From an uncultured Ignavibacteriota bacterium (GTDB lineage Bacteria > Bacteroidota > Ignavibacteria > UBA10030 > UBA8401), in assembly GCA_903884005.1 (NCBI GenBank), contig CAISDA010000040.1:1539-65538 (forward strand): a DNA stretch of 64,000 nt, in the 5' to 3' direction. The translations under genes were made by a program, and so were the position numbers. This document shows positions 19,613 through 30,259 of this stretch, piece after piece. The first letter of the stretch is position 1. Every line of letters begins with the position of its first letter. Below the pieces are notes generated by a model. It was not told where the DNA came from. It searched no databases and saw only the letters and a list, made by a program, of their open reading frames with translations.

Positions 19613-19882
19613 ATGGCGATCACAAAATCCATGAAGCAAGAGTTGATCACAAAATTCGGCAAGAACGAAAAAGACACCGGCACGCCCGAGGTTCAAATTG
19701 CCATTCTGACGAAGAATATCAATGAACTGGCGGAGCATTTCGGCTCGCACAAAAAAGATCATCATTCACGTCATGGCCTTCTCCGCATGGTCGGCAAGCG
19801 TCGCAGCCTGCTCGATTATCTGGTGGAAAAAGATATCAATCGGTACCGCAAGATTATTGCCGAATTAAACATTCGTAAATAA
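19613..19882 (+). CDS. rpsO: 30S ribosomal protein S15
   Basis: [33 protein letters not shown]. Confidence 0.98.
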   Translation: MAITKSMKQELITKFGKNEKDTGTPEVQIAILTKNINELAEHFGSHKKDHHSRHGLLRMVGKRRSLLDYLVEKDINRYRKIIAELNIRK

Positions 19883-19935
19883 CATTTCGGGGCAGCGAGC
19901 AATATTGCTCAAAACATTACTGACACAGAAAAACA

Positions 19936-22044
19936 ATGGTAACAAAAGAAATTACAATCGGCACACAGACGATGTCGCTCGAAACCGGCCGTTTTGCAAA
20001 ACAGGCCAACGGCGCCGTCATGGCGCGCTACGGCGATACAATGGTGCTTGCCACAGTCGTCGCATCGCGCGACCGCGGCGATGAAATAGATTATTTTCCG
20101 CTTCAGGTGGAATTCAGAGAAAAAATGTCTGCAGCCGGAAAGATCCCCGGCGGATTCCTGAAACGCGAAGGACGTCCGACGGACAAGGAAATCCTGACCG
20201 CCCGGTTGATCGACCGTCCAATCCGTCCGATGTTCCCCGACGGCTATCGCCGCGAAACGCAGATCATTGTGACGGTGTTCTCGTCCGATCAGCAGAACGA
20301 CGCCGACGTGCTCGGCGCCTGCGCCGCATCCGCCGCGCTGATGGTTTCAGAGCTTCCATTCGACGGCCCGATCGCCGAAGTGCGCATCGGCCGCGTGAAC
20401 GGTGAAATGATCATCAACCCGACGTTCGCAGAGCTCGAAACAAGCGACATGGATATCACCGTCGCCGGCACCGCAGATTCCATCCTCATGGTGGAAGGCG
20501 AATCGAAGGAAATATCCGAAGACGTCATGCTGACCGCACTCAAGTTCGGCCACGAAGCGATCAAAAAGATCTGCGCACTGCAGAGCGAGTTCGCCGCCGC
20601 TGTCGGTAAAGAAAAAATGGCGCTCGTGCTGCCGGTTGTCGACGCTGCAATGATGGCCGATGTGAAAGCCATCGCCGAAGCGACATACCGCACGACGGTC
20701 GCGACCGTGCTCAAAAAAGAAGAGCGCGCAGCAGCCAACGAAGCGATCGAAGTGGAAACGCAGGCCAAGCTTGCCGAGAAATACCCGAACCAGACGAAGG
20801 CCATCCACCAGATCCTGCATGACATTGAAAAAGTAGAAATGCGCGAAATGATCCTGCGCGACAAGAAACGCCTCGACGGCCGTTCGCTCACCGAAATCCG
20901 CCCGATCTCGATCGAAGTCGGACTGCTTCCGCGCACGCACGGGTCGGCGCTGTTCACACGCGGCGAAACACAGTCGCTCACAACAGTCACACTCGGCACG
21001 AAATCTGACGAACAGATCACGGACGGATTGAACACCGTGCTGCCGCGCCGCTTCATGCTGCACTATAATTTCCCCCCGTTCTCGGTCGGTGAAACAGGCC
21101 GCCTCATGACCGGAAGGCGCGAAGTGGGCCACGGAAACTTGGCAGAACGCGCACTCAAGATCCTGATGCCGAACGAAAAAGAATTTCCGTACACAATCCG
21201 TATCGTGTCCGATATCCTTGAATCGAACGGTTCAAGCTCGATGGCAACGGTCTGCGCAGGAACACTCGCCATGTACGACGGCGGTGTGCCCCTGAAAAAA
21301 CCCGTCGCCGGTATTGCAATGGGTCTGGTGAAAGAAGGCGAACGTGTCGCCGTGTTAAGCGACATCCTCGGCAACGAAGATCACCTCGGCGACATGGACT
21401 TCAAGGTCTGCGGCACTGCCGACGGCATCACGGCGTTCCAGATGGACATCAAGATCAAAGGCATCACGCTTGAGATCATGGAAACCGCACTCAGCCAGGC
21501 AAAAGACGGACGCATGCACATCCTCGGCAAAATGAACGCCGTTATTTCCACCCCGCGCACAGACATCAGCCAGTACGCGCCGCGCTTGACGACGATCAAG
21601 GTTCCTATCGATACGATCGGCGCCATCATCGGACCGGGCGGAAAAAATATACGCGCGATCGTTGCCGCATCTGGTGCGGAGATCAACATCGAAGACGACG
21701 GCTCTGTCGTGATCGCCGCTACGACCGTTGAATCGGCTAACATAGCGATCGCGATGATCCAGGGCATCTCGGCATCGCCGGAGATCGGCAAGATCTACAA
21801 GGCGACAGTCAAGAAGATCATGGACTTCGGCGCATTCGTCGAGATCCTTCCCGGCAAGGAAGGCCTCGTCCACGTGTCGCAGCTCGATACAAAACGGATC
21901 GAGAAAGTGGCTGACCATTTCAAAGTCGGAGATCAATTCGAAGTGAAATTGATGGAGATCGACGACAAGGGACGTCTCAACCTGAGCCGCAAGGCCGTCT
22001 TGATCGCTGAAAAAGCAAAAGAAGAACCGGTTCAGCCGGCGTAA
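19936..22044 (+). CDS. pnp: Polyribonucleotide nucleotidyltransferase
   Basis: [37 protein letters not shown] and S1 domains. Confidence 0.98.
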   Translation: MVTKEITIGTQTMSLETGRFAKQANGAVMARYGDTMVLATVVASRDRGDEIDYFPLQVEFREKMSAAGKIPGGFLKREGRPTDKEILTARLIDRPIRPMFPDGYRRETQIIVTVFSSDQQNDADVLGACAASAALMVSELPFDGPIAEVRIGRVNGEMIINPTFAELETSDMDITVAGTADSILMVEGESKEISEDVMLTALKFGHEAIKKICALQSEFAAAVGKEKMALVLPVVDAAMMADVKAIAEATYRTTVATVLKKEERAAANEAIEVETQAKLAEKYPNQTKAIHQILHDIEKVEMREMILRDKKRLDGRSLTEIRPISIEVGLLPRTHGSALFTRGETQSLTTVTLGTKSDEQITDGLNTVLPRRFMLHYNFPPFSVGETGRLMTGRREVGHGNLAERALKILMPNEKEFPYTIRIVSDILESNGSSSMATVCAGTLAMYDGGVPLKKPVAGIAMGLVKEGERVAVLSDILGNEDHLGDMDFKVCGTADGITAFQMDIKIKGITLEIMETALSQAKDGRMHILGKMNAVISTPRTDISQYAPRLTTIKVPIDTIGAIIGPGGKNIRAIVAASGAEINIEDDGSVVIAATTVESANIAIAMIQGISASPEIGKIYKATVKKIMDFGAFVEILPGKEGLVHVSQLDTKRIEKVADHFKVGDQFEVKLMEIDDKGRLNLSRKAVLIAEKAKEEPVQPA

Positions 22045-22135
22045 GTGATGGACACCAATCCCCGCACGATCCAAAAGATCTGCGGGGATTGTCGTATCTA
22101 TACCAGACCAATGATTTTCAATCAATGCTACCATT

Positions 22136-23422
22136 ATGCAGCGAGCACTCAGACCAGCGTCCGTTTTGCGCGGGGATATTTCCGTCCCCGGAGATAAATC
22201 CATTTCCCACCGTGCGGTGATGCTCGGTGCTATTGCCAACGGGGTTACCGAAATTACGGGATTCCTGCAGGCGGCCGATCCAATAAGCACCGTCAATTGC
22301 ATGCGCCGCCTTGGCGTAGAAATCGATGCAGGTGAAAGCAGAATCATCATACACGGCAAGGGTTTGCACTCATTAATGAAACCCGATGCTATGCTCGACG
22401 CCGGGAATTCGGGAACCACCATGCGGCTGCTTTCGGGAATACTCGCCGGACAGAAATTTCCTACGATGATCTCCGGCGACAAGTATCTCGTGAAGCGTCC
22501 CATGAAACGCATCGTGGAACCGCTGCGGCAGATGGGCGCCGACGTGCGTTCACGCGCCGAGGGTACGGCTCCGCTCGAATTCTATCCCGCACCAACTGGT
22601 CTTCACGCCATACGCTACGAGTTGCCGATCCCGAGCGCTCAGGTCAAATCGGCAATACTGCTGGCCGGTTTGTTCGCCGAAGGGACCACGCAGGTCGTCG
22701 AAACGACGCCGTCACGCGATCATACCGAACGCATGCTCGGGCTCACGCCGGTGCAAGACGGTGGAGTGACGGTGATCTCCGTTGTGGGAGGAACTGAACG
22801 TGCTGCCGTGCCATTTGCCGTGCCCGGAGATCCTTCCTCAGCGGCGTTTTTTATCGTGGCCGCGCTCGTTGCGAAGGATGCCGAGATCGTCGTGCGCTCG
22901 ATCGGGCTCAACCCGACACGCATCGGCTTTCTGGATGTGCTCACGCGGATGGGCGGTGCCATTACGATCGACAATGAACGCGTCGTGGGTGGTGAACGCA
23001 TCGGCGATGTTGTTGTGAAAAGCTCAGTCCTGAAAAATCAGGGGCCGCTCTCAGGCGGCATCATTGCGAACATCATCGATGAGATACCGGTGCTCGCCGT
23101 TGCAGGTGCATTCGCCGAGGGTGTGTTCGAAGTCCGCGATGCCCGCGACCTGCGCGCCAAAGAATGCGACCGCATCGCCGCCGTCTGCCACAATCTGCGC
23201 GCGCTCGGCATCACGGTCGAGGAATACGAGGATGGTTTTGCATTTGAACCAAAAAGAATCGTATCTTCCACAGTGTTCGAGAGTTTCGGCGACCACCGCA
23301 TCGCCATGGCGTTCGGTGTTGCGGCCCTTGCTCTGCAGGAAGAATCGGTGATGAACGATGCGGACTGCGTCGACATTTCATTTCCGCCGTTTTGGGAACT
23401 GCTTCACTCACTCATACACTAA
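22136..23422 (+). CDS. aroA: 3-phosphoshikimate 1-carboxyvinyltransferase
   Basis: PGDKSISHR, GNSGTT.R, SAQVKSA, RDHTERML, KECDRI, DHRIAM. Confidence 0.97.
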   Translation: MQRALRPASVLRGDISVPGDKSISHRAVMLGAIANGVTEITGFLQAADPISTVNCMRRLGVEIDAGESRIIIHGKGLHSLMKPDAMLDAGNSGTTMRLLSGILAGQKFPTMISGDKYLVKRPMKRIVEPLRQMGADVRSRAEGTAPLEFYPAPTGLHAIRYELPIPSAQVKSAILLAGLFAEGTTQVVETTPSRDHTERMLGLTPVQDGGVTVISVVGGTERAAVPFAVPGDPSSAAFFIVAALVAKDAEIVVRSIGLNPTRIGFLDVLTRMGGAITIDNERVVGGERIGDVVVKSSVLKNQGPLSGGIIANIIDEIPVLAVAGAFAEGVFEVRDARDLRAKECDRIAAVCHNLRALGITVEEYEDGFAFEPKRIVSSTVFESFGDHRIAMAFGVAALALQEESVMNDADCVDISFPPFWELLHSLIH

Positions 23423-23433
23423 CGAGGTGGATC

Positions 23434-24537
23434 GTGGCAAGCGTTCAGATATCGAATGTGTCAAAGGTCTATGATGGCGGCGTCGTTGCCGTTCAGGATG
23501 TCAGCATCGACATTCAGGATAAGGAATTTGTGGTGCTCGTCGGCCCATCGGGCTGCGGGAAATCCACAACGCTGCGCATGGTCGCCGGCCTCGAAGAGAT
23601 CACGGGCGGACCGATATCGATAGACGGGAAGATCGTGAACGAGGTGGCTCCGAAGGATAGGGACATCGCGATGGTCTTTCAGAATTATGCGCTCTATCCC
23701 CATATGACGGTGTATGAGAACATGGCCTTCGGGCTCAAGCTTCGGAAATTTCCGAAGGCCGAGATCGAGTCTCGCGTGCGCGAAGCGGCGCAGATCCTGG
23801 GCATTGAAGAGTACCTCCAGCGCAAACCAAAGGCGCTCTCGGGCGGTCAGCGGCAGCGAGTGGCCGTGGGACGCGCCATTGTGCGGAAGCCGAAAGTGTT
23901 CCTTTTCGACGAGCCGCTCTCGAACCTGGACGCGAAACTGCGCGTGCAGATGCGCACCGAAATTTCAAAACTGCATCACCGTCTTGAAGCGACAATGATC
24001 TATGTGACGCACGACCAGACCGAAGCCATGACCATGGGCGACCGTATCGTGGTGATGAAAGACGGCATTGTGCATCAGACGGACACACCTCTGAACCTCT
24101 ACAATTTTCCGGAGAATAAATTTGTCGCAGGGTTCATCGGCAGTCCCGCCATGAATTTTATGGAAGGAGTCGTCGAGCAGAACGGCGGCCTGCATTTCCG
24201 CGAAAAAAATTCGCCGCTCACGCTCAGTGTTCCGAAGGAAAAGGAAGATACGCTTAAAAGCATGGTCGGCAGGGACGTGTGGATGGGGATACGGCCGGAA
24301 CACATCATCGACGCGCACGCCGCCCCGGCGCAGGCGGCGAAAGCTGCTGTGAAAGTGGAAGTCGTTGAACCGATGGGGAATGAGATCTTCGTCTATTTTT
24401 CCACTGCTTCGGACACGCAGTATGTGGCCCGCATCCATGCCTCTGTGGCGCCGAAGACCGGACAGGCAATGGAGTTCGGATTCGATATGACGAAAGCGCT
24501 CTTCTTCGACAAGGCAACGGAAAAAGTGCTTCGATAA
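23434..24537 (+). CDS. ugpC: MalK/UgpC-family sugar ABC transporter ATPase
   Basis: GPSGCGKST, LSGGQRQR, FLFDEPLSNLD, TOBE-like C-terminus; GTG start after GAGGTG. Confidence 0.9.
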   Translation: MASVQISNVSKVYDGGVVAVQDVSIDIQDKEFVVLVGPSGCGKSTTLRMVAGLEEITGGPISIDGKIVNEVAPKDRDIAMVFQNYALYPHMTVYENMAFGLKLRKFPKAEIESRVREAAQILGIEEYLQRKPKALSGGQRQRVAVGRAIVRKPKVFLFDEPLSNLDAKLRVQMRTEISKLHHRLEATMIYVTHDQTEAMTMGDRIVVMKDGIVHQTDTPLNLYNFPENKFVAGFIGSPAMNFMEGVVEQNGGLHFREKNSPLTLSVPKEKEDTLKSMVGRDVWMGIRPEHIIDAHAAPAQAAKAAVKVEVVEPMGNEIFVYFSTASDTQYVARIHASVAPKTGQAMEFGFDMTKALFFDKATEKVLR

Positions 24538-24608
24538 GAATTAATCGGCACGCAGCATCAGAGAAGGGCCGTTCTCAACTACGCCTCTCAGTGCGTATTC
24601 CATAAGAA

Positions 24609-24646
24609 ACGCCGTCACGCACCGTGAAAAGTGCATGACGGCGTTG
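24609..24646. terminator. Hairpin between convergent ABC ATPase gene and bshC
   Basis: ACGCCGTCACGCAC..GTGCATGACGGCGT near-perfect inverted repeat. Confidence 0.6.
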
Positions 24647-24670
24647 TCATTCTAATCGGAACGAATAGTA

Positions 24671-26311
24671 CTAGAGCTGCAGCACCTGGTGTTCGAAACG
24701 GTCGATGGTGATTTCGCTCATCAGCCACTTCGTGAATTCCAGCCCGTACTTGTTCATGAACTGGAGTGAAGTGAATTCCCGTTCCTGAAAATTTTCGTTC
24801 GGGAATATCGCGGCCGCCGCTTTCATGATCTGTTTGAGCGAGATATCCTGTTTCTGCTGCTGTGCTTTGTGCGTTTTTTCCTTCAGTCCCTGCAGCTGCT
24901 GCTCGAATTTCACGAGTGTCGAGTCCACCGCTCCTTTGAGCGTCGGATCGATCTGCTGAATGCCGAAGCTCGCCTCGGTCACCGCCGCCTGGATCTTCTC
25001 GTTCATCGTACCGAAGACTGTGTCCACTTTTACTTCCGCCACCTGTTCCGCGATCCGCTGCAGTACGCTGTCCAGATCGCCCGCAAGATCGGGTATGGTC
25101 AGCGAATATTTTTCGAGCACCTTGTTGATCTTGTCCTCAAGGATCGTGGCCGACGCGCGCGGGTACACGATCGGCATCTGCAGCTCGAACAGTGCGTACA
25201 CCGTTTTTAATTGCGCGAAGTATGCGATCTCGCCGGGACCGCCGACGTAGGCGACTGTGGGCAGTATGGTATCCTGACAGATGGGGCGAAGGGCGACGTT
25301 CGCCGAAAACACTTCGGGCGTCGTCTCGACCAGCTGCAGCAGTTCCTCCTTCGTGTAGCGCTGCCGCGTGCCTTTCAGGTAATAATCGTTCTCCGACGGT
25401 TCGAGAGGGAAGCGTCCGCCTTTATGGAACATGAACAAATTGAGCGACTTCGGTTTGATCTGCGCATGATAGCGCTCTTCGAGCTCGACGCTTTTTTCGA
25501 TGATGAGCCGCGAGACGGCCGAGTCCGATTCGATCTCTCTGCGGAAGACCGGTTTCATGAGCGCCTTGAGCTCCGGCGTGTTCGCATTCAAGAGCACGAG
25601 TCCCGTGTCTTCGAATAACCGGTTGATCACCCCCGCAAACGCCTCCATCAATGTCGCCCCGGGCTTGTAATACCCGCGCATCAACTCCAGCACCTGTGTT
25701 GTGTATTCCGTCTGCGTGATGGCGCTGCCGAGCCCCGCGAAGAGTGCGTCGATGGTCTCGTCGATGACGATCAGGCCTGTCGCGCCCGGATTTTTGTCGA
25801 ATGGCTGACCGCCGATGAAATAGTTGAACTTCTGCAGCTCGTTCTGCGCGTTGAGCACGGTGATGTTGTTGATCTCGTCGAAATCGTGGTCCTCGCCTTC
25901 GAGCCAGAACACCGGCACGAAATTGAACGCGGGGAAATCTGCCGAGAGTTTTTCGGCCAGCTTCAGTGTCGTGATGATCTTATAGACCGTATACAAGGGC
26001 CCGGAAAAGAGTCCCAATTGCTGCCCGGTGACAATGGCTACGGTGTTCTCATTATCGAGCAGATCGATGTTGGCGAGCGTCCGCACGCTGCAGTGCACCG
26101 CCCGGTTTTGTTCGTGCAGCACCCTCACGAGCGGCGCCCGGTCCATTTTCCGTTCCACGGTCCGGTCGATTGTCCTCTGCCAATCGGCAACGGTTGTATA
26201 CCCGCCCGCGAAGAATTCGGACACTCGTTCAAAATTATTCAAGTAATCAACATATAACTGAGAAAATCCAGCATCTGAACGCTGCAATTGGTCGGTATTG
26301 ATCCATTTCAT
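24671..26311 (-). CDS. bshC: Bacillithiol biosynthesis cysteine-adding enzyme BshC
   Basis: VTGQQLGLFSGPLYT..K, PVFWLEGEDHDFDE, NVALRP, YVGGPGEIAY, QER; likely start at MKWINT. Confidence 0.95.
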   Translation of the reverse strand: MKWINTDQLQRSDAGFSQLYVDYLNNFERVSEFFAGGYTTVADWQRTIDRTVERKMDRAPLVRVLHEQNRAVHCSVRTLANIDLLDNENTVAIVTGQQLGLFSGPLYTVYKIITTLKLAEKLSADFPAFNFVPVFWLEGEDHDFDEINNITVLNAQNELQKFNYFIGGQPFDKNPGATGLIVIDETIDALFAGLGSAITQTEYTTQVLELMRGYYKPGATLMEAFAGVINRLFEDTGLVLLNANTPELKALMKPVFRREIESDSAVSRLIIEKSVELEERYHAQIKPKSLNLFMFHKGGRFPLEPSENDYYLKGTRQRYTKEELLQLVETTPEVFSANVALRPICQDTILPTVAYVGGPGEIAYFAQLKTVYALFELQMPIVYPRASATILEDKINKVLEKYSLTIPDLAGDLDSVLQRIAEQVAEVKVDTVFGTMNEKIQAAVTEASFGIQQIDPTLKGAVDSTLVKFEQQLQGLKEKTHKAQQQKQDISLKQIMKAAAAIFPNENFQEREFTSLQFMNKYGLEFTKWLMSEITIDRFEHQVLQL

Positions 26312-26504
26312 CGATGTCATCCTGCCGTAAGTAAAAAAAATGTCGACGCAGCACTCTGCCCTCAATGAAAAAAAAGAGTGAAGAGGAGTGTGCGGCGAAC
26401 CGCGAGAGGGGATGAAGCGCATTCGAGGGAGACCGCGCGCTGCCCATGTCGGTTTGAAAGCCTAGCAAATGTACAAGTTAATCGGCGGAGAAGCAACTCT
26501 GCAA

Positions 26505-26533
26505 TTGCTTTTCGGATGCTGATGTGATATATT
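26505..26533 (+). promoter_or_regulatory. Promoter of yqeY-cvpA-mutS2
   Basis: TTGCTT, 17 bp, TATATT. Confidence 0.6.
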
Positions 26534-26585
26534 TATACGTAGCAAGCGCAGGATGAACTCTCGCATTCATTTATGAAATGACCCT

Positions 26586-27032
26586 ATGGCACTGACACAA
26601 CAAATCTCTGAAGATCTGAAACTCGCTATGAAGGCGGGTGATAAAACACGTATCGACACGCTCCGCATGGTGCGCGCACAGATACTGGAATTCGAAAAAA
26701 AAGGCGGAAATCCCGAAATGACGCCCGATGATGAGCTGTCACTCTTGTCCACGGCCGTCAAGAAGCGAAAAGAGTCCATCGAACAGTACGAAAAAGCGGG
26801 CCGCATGGACCTAGTCGCTCAGGAGGCCGCCGAAGTGGCGATCATCACAGAATACCTGCCGAAACAAATGGATAAGGCCGATGCCGAGAGGATCATCTAT
26901 GCGATCATCGAACAATCAGGCGCAGTGACCTCGAAGGATATGGGGAAGGTGATGCCCCTCATCATGAAGGAACTGAAGGGCAAGATCGACGGTAAAACCA
27001 TCAACGAAATCGTAAAAACCAAACTGGTCTGA
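26586..27032 (+). CDS. yqeY: GatB/YqeY domain protein
   Basis: DLKLAMKA.DK, KKRKESI.QY..AGR.DL, YLPKQM, DMGKVM. Confidence 0.93.
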   Translation: MALTQQISEDLKLAMKAGDKTRIDTLRMVRAQILEFEKKGGNPEMTPDDELSLLSTAVKKRKESIEQYEKAGRMDLVAQEAAEVAIITEYLPKQMDKADAERIIYAIIEQSGAVTSKDMGKVMPLIMKELKGKIDGKTINEIVKTKLV

Positions 27033-27580
27033 TGATGAAGAGCGCTCTCGATATCACGCTGTTGGTCGCATGCGGTCTTTTTGCCGTCGGCGGATGGCGC
27101 AATGGCTTTGTCAAGAAAATTTTTTCGCTCTTCTCGCTCATTGCGGCGTTCGCGCTGGCGGCGAAATTCGGCTCAGCCCTGGCCCACGTGGCATTCGTGC
27201 CGCTGGGACTTCGAGCCGGCGTGGCCACATTGTTCGCCTATTTCGCCATTATTGGCGGCATTATATTCGCTCAAACCATTCTCTACAGCATGCTTGTGCG
27301 GAACATCGTTGAAGGCGTCTGGAACCACATTGCCGGTATGCTGCTTGGGATTGCAGAGGGAGCTCTCGCGGTGAGCGTTGCACTCATCTTCCTGTCCATC
27401 TATTTGGGCATACCGTCCGAAGAAACCAAAGCCACCTCGACGCTCTATATACCCGTAAAGAATGTTGCGCCTCGTGTGTATGACACGGCATACGCGCTCT
27501 TTCCCGAAGTGGAAGATTTTTATCAGCAATTATTCAACGCTTTTTCAGACCAAAGCAATACAGGAGCGACGAAAAAGTAG
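27032..27580 (+). CDS. cvpA: CvpA family membrane protein
   Basis: LDI......GWRNGFV pattern, about four hydrophobic helices, typical position before mutS2. Confidence 0.85.
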   Translation: MMKSALDITLLVACGLFAVGGWRNGFVKKIFSLFSLIAAFALAAKFGSALAHVAFVPLGLRAGVATLFAYFAIIGGIIFAQTILYSMLVRNIVEGVWNHIAGMLLGIAEGALAVSVALIFLSIYLGIPSEETKATSTLYIPVKNVAPRVYDTAYALFPEVEDFYQQLFNAFSDQSNTGATKK

Positions 27581-29941
27581 ATGAAAGCCTTCGTCACCGC
27601 ATGCGACAGACTCGATTATAGGAAAATACTCCACCAGATCGCCCATTTTGCCCCATCACGGCTCGGACAGGAGGCGATCGAGAGCCTGCTGCCCACAAAC
27701 GACAGCGCCCGAATCTCGGTCGATCACAATCGCGTCTCCGAACTCAAACGAATGATCGAATCGGAACACGGATTTCCCATCGACGGCATCAAAGACATCC
27801 GTTTGGCCCTCAACCGCGCCACGATCGAGAATAACAGCCTCACCACACACGAACTTTTGGAAATCGCTTCCACGCTCCACGCCAGCGCCGCACTCAAATC
27901 ATTCATCGAAAAACGCCGAGACCATTATCCGGAACTCATGTCTCTCTGCCGCTCCCTTGCCCCCAATAAGGTGCTGGAGTATAACATCACACAGGCGATC
28001 GATGAAAATGGGTATGTAAAAGATTCGGCTAGCAGGGAGTTACGTGAAGTAAGGCGGTCTATCATCTCTTTACATAACCTTTTAAGCAAAAGACTTGAAA
28101 AAATACTTCGTGATGTGTCCGAGCAGGGGATGGCGCAGGACGACATCATTACCACGCGCGAGGGACGCATGGTGCTGCCTATTAAAGCCGAAAAAAAGAA
28201 CATGGTGCCCGGTTTCATACACAGCGCTTCCGCTACCGGGCTCACCGTGTTCATTGAGCCGGCCGAAACGCTCTCCCTGAATAACGAAATCTCCGAACTT
28301 CATTTCAGAGAGAAGCGTGAAATAGAAAAGGTGCTGCTCGCTCTGACCGTTCAGGTGGCTGAATGTCGAACGGACTTGAAAGAAAATGTTAGAATACTGA
28401 CTATAATAGAATATACTTATGCAATAGCAATGTATTCAATTGATATAAAAGGAAATAAACCATTTCTATTAGAAAATGGTTCGCTGATGCTCTTGCAAGC
28501 CAGGCACCCCCTTTTGATGCAGAAACACGGCAGGGAGGGGGTGGTTCCTCTTGATGTGGAAATCGGCAGCGCGTACACAACGCTCCTCATTACCGGTCCT
28601 AATGCCGGCGGAAAAACTGTCGCACTCAAGACTGTCGGACTCCTGACGCTCATGGTGCAGTCGGGTATCCATATACCTGCCGCGGCAGACTCTGAGTTTC
28701 CGATATTCAACAATGTTTTCGTGAATATTGGCGATAATCAGTCCATTGAGGACGATTTGAGCACCTACAGTTCCCAAATGCTTCAATTGAAGGAAATTGT
28801 GGATGAAGCGGACGAGCACAGTCTCGTGCTCATCGATGAAATCGGAGCCGGCACTGATCCCACCGAAGGCAGCGCCATTGCGGCGGCGCTCTTGCGCACG
28901 TTGACCGAAAGCGGCGCGCGAACCATTGCCACCACGCACCACGGTTCGCTGAAGGCTTTCGCTTACGAGACGCCTGGCATTCAAAATTCTGCCATGGAAT
29001 TCAATCAGTCCACGCTCCAGCCGACGTATAAATTCCGCGTGGGCATTCCCGGCTCCAGTTATGCGCTCGTGATCGCGCGGCGCCTGGGCATGTCCGATAT
29101 CGTTCTGAACGACGCCCAGTCGATGCTGGGCGACCAGCAATCGAATTTGGAACGCTTGCTCCTGGACCTGGAATCCAGGCTGCAGGAAGCCGAGAATGAA
29201 CGCCGGTTGCTTGCCGCTGAACGGTTGGAGAATAAGAACTTACACGATGAGTACGAAACAAAAATAAAGCACCTGAAGCAGGAAGTCAAAGAGGTCAAAG
29301 CCCAGGCGTTGAAGCATGCACAGGAGATCATTGACCGTGCGCATGCGGCCATTGAGAACAGCGTTCGCGAGATCAAATTGCAGAATGCCGAAAAGACCAT
29401 CGTGAAACAATGGCGCTCCGAGATCGAGGCAATAGACGAGTTCATACAGAAAGAGACCGCGGCCATGGCCGAATCCGGTTCGCTGTCGGATGAGCGTCTG
29501 AGCGAGATCGGGATCGGCGCAGACGTTCAACTTCTGTCCAACCGTCAGACTGGAAAGGTGCTCACTCGTCCCGATGCGCAGGGCAATCTGACGGTGGCGT
29601 TCAATTCGGTGAAGATGAGGGTCAATGTAAGGCAACTCGCTGTCGGCAGTGCCGAGGTCAAGGAGTCTCCGGAGTCCTCGTATTTTGTAAAACCCGTCTC
29701 TGCCACCGAAATCGATTTGCGCGGCATGTATGGTGATGAGGGCGCGGCAGCGGTCGACAAATTTATCGACGACGCGGTCATGAGCGGATTGCACCGTATC
29801 GACATCATACACGGGAAGGGAACCGGCGCGCTGCGCAAACGCATTCATATGTTCCTGAAGGAAGATAAACGAGTCGCAAGCTTCAAAGTAGGGGAATGGA
29901 ACGAGGGAGGCACCGGCGTCACGGTGGTTGAACTCCAGTGA
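27581..29941 (+). CDS. mutS2: Endonuclease MutS2
   Basis: ITGPNAGGKT, DEIGAGTDP.EG, TTH, C-terminal Smr domain IDLRG..IIHGKGTG. Confidence 0.97.
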   Translation: MKAFVTACDRLDYRKILHQIAHFAPSRLGQEAIESLLPTNDSARISVDHNRVSELKRMIESEHGFPIDGIKDIRLALNRATIENNSLTTHELLEIASTLHASAALKSFIEKRRDHYPELMSLCRSLAPNKVLEYNITQAIDENGYVKDSASRELREVRRSIISLHNLLSKRLEKILRDVSEQGMAQDDIITTREGRMVLPIKAEKKNMVPGFIHSASATGLTVFIEPAETLSLNNEISELHFREKREIEKVLLALTVQVAECRTDLKENVRILTIIEYTYAIAMYSIDIKGNKPFLLENGSLMLLQARHPLLMQKHGREGVVPLDVEIGSAYTTLLITGPNAGGKTVALKTVGLLTLMVQSGIHIPAAADSEFPIFNNVFVNIGDNQSIEDDLSTYSSQMLQLKEIVDEADEHSLVLIDEIGAGTDPTEGSAIAAALLRTLTESGARTIATTHHGSLKAFAYETPGIQNSAMEFNQSTLQPTYKFRVGIPGSSYALVIARRLGMSDIVLNDAQSMLGDQQSNLERLLLDLESRLQEAENERRLLAAERLENKNLHDEYETKIKHLKQEVKEVKAQALKHAQEIIDRAHAAIENSVREIKLQNAEKTIVKQWRSEIEAIDEFIQKETAAMAESGSLSDERLSEIGIGADVQLLSNRQTGKVLTRPDAQGNLTVAFNSVKMRVNVRQLAVGSAEVKESPESSYFVKPVSATEIDLRGMYGDEGAAAVDKFIDDAVMSGLHRIDIIHGKGTGALRKRIHMFLKEDKRVASFKVGEWNEGGTGVTVVELQ

Positions 29942-30027
29942 TCGCGATCGCTTTTAAATAAACGCATCGCAGGCGAACAGACTGCGCTCCCTGGTATTTC
30001 GCAGAAACCAGCACCGCTTTGCTCGAA

Positions 30028-30174
30028 CGGGCGAGAAAACTTTTTTGCCCTGCTATGAAAATACTCGGCGGCATATGTGGTGCGTGTAGGGTGAGCTGTT
30101 AGCTCGCCCATGCTTCACCTTTTTAACTGTAGCGAGCTGTTAGCTCGTCCCTGGTAAAATAACATTTCGCCCTA
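30028..30174. repeat. Cluster of GTAG-type REP-like palindromes upstream of purL
   Basis: GTAGGGTGAGCTGTTAGCTCGCCC (30086-30109), GTAGCGAGCTGTTAGCTCGTCC (30129-30150), GGGCGAGAA..TTTTGCCCTGC, ATAACATTTCGCCCTA. Confidence 0.6.
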
Positions 30175-30259
30175 TATTCCATTAATGACGTAACGACTGA
30201 ATTTGCACAGATGAACCACAAAGAGCCGAACTATTCGCGCTCTACACCATCGGAAAATT

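Noticed and set aside
19897..19910. Perfect palindrome GAGCAATATTGCTC before pnp
   Set aside because: Single occurrence noticed; cannot be told apart from a simple RNA hairpin or chance.
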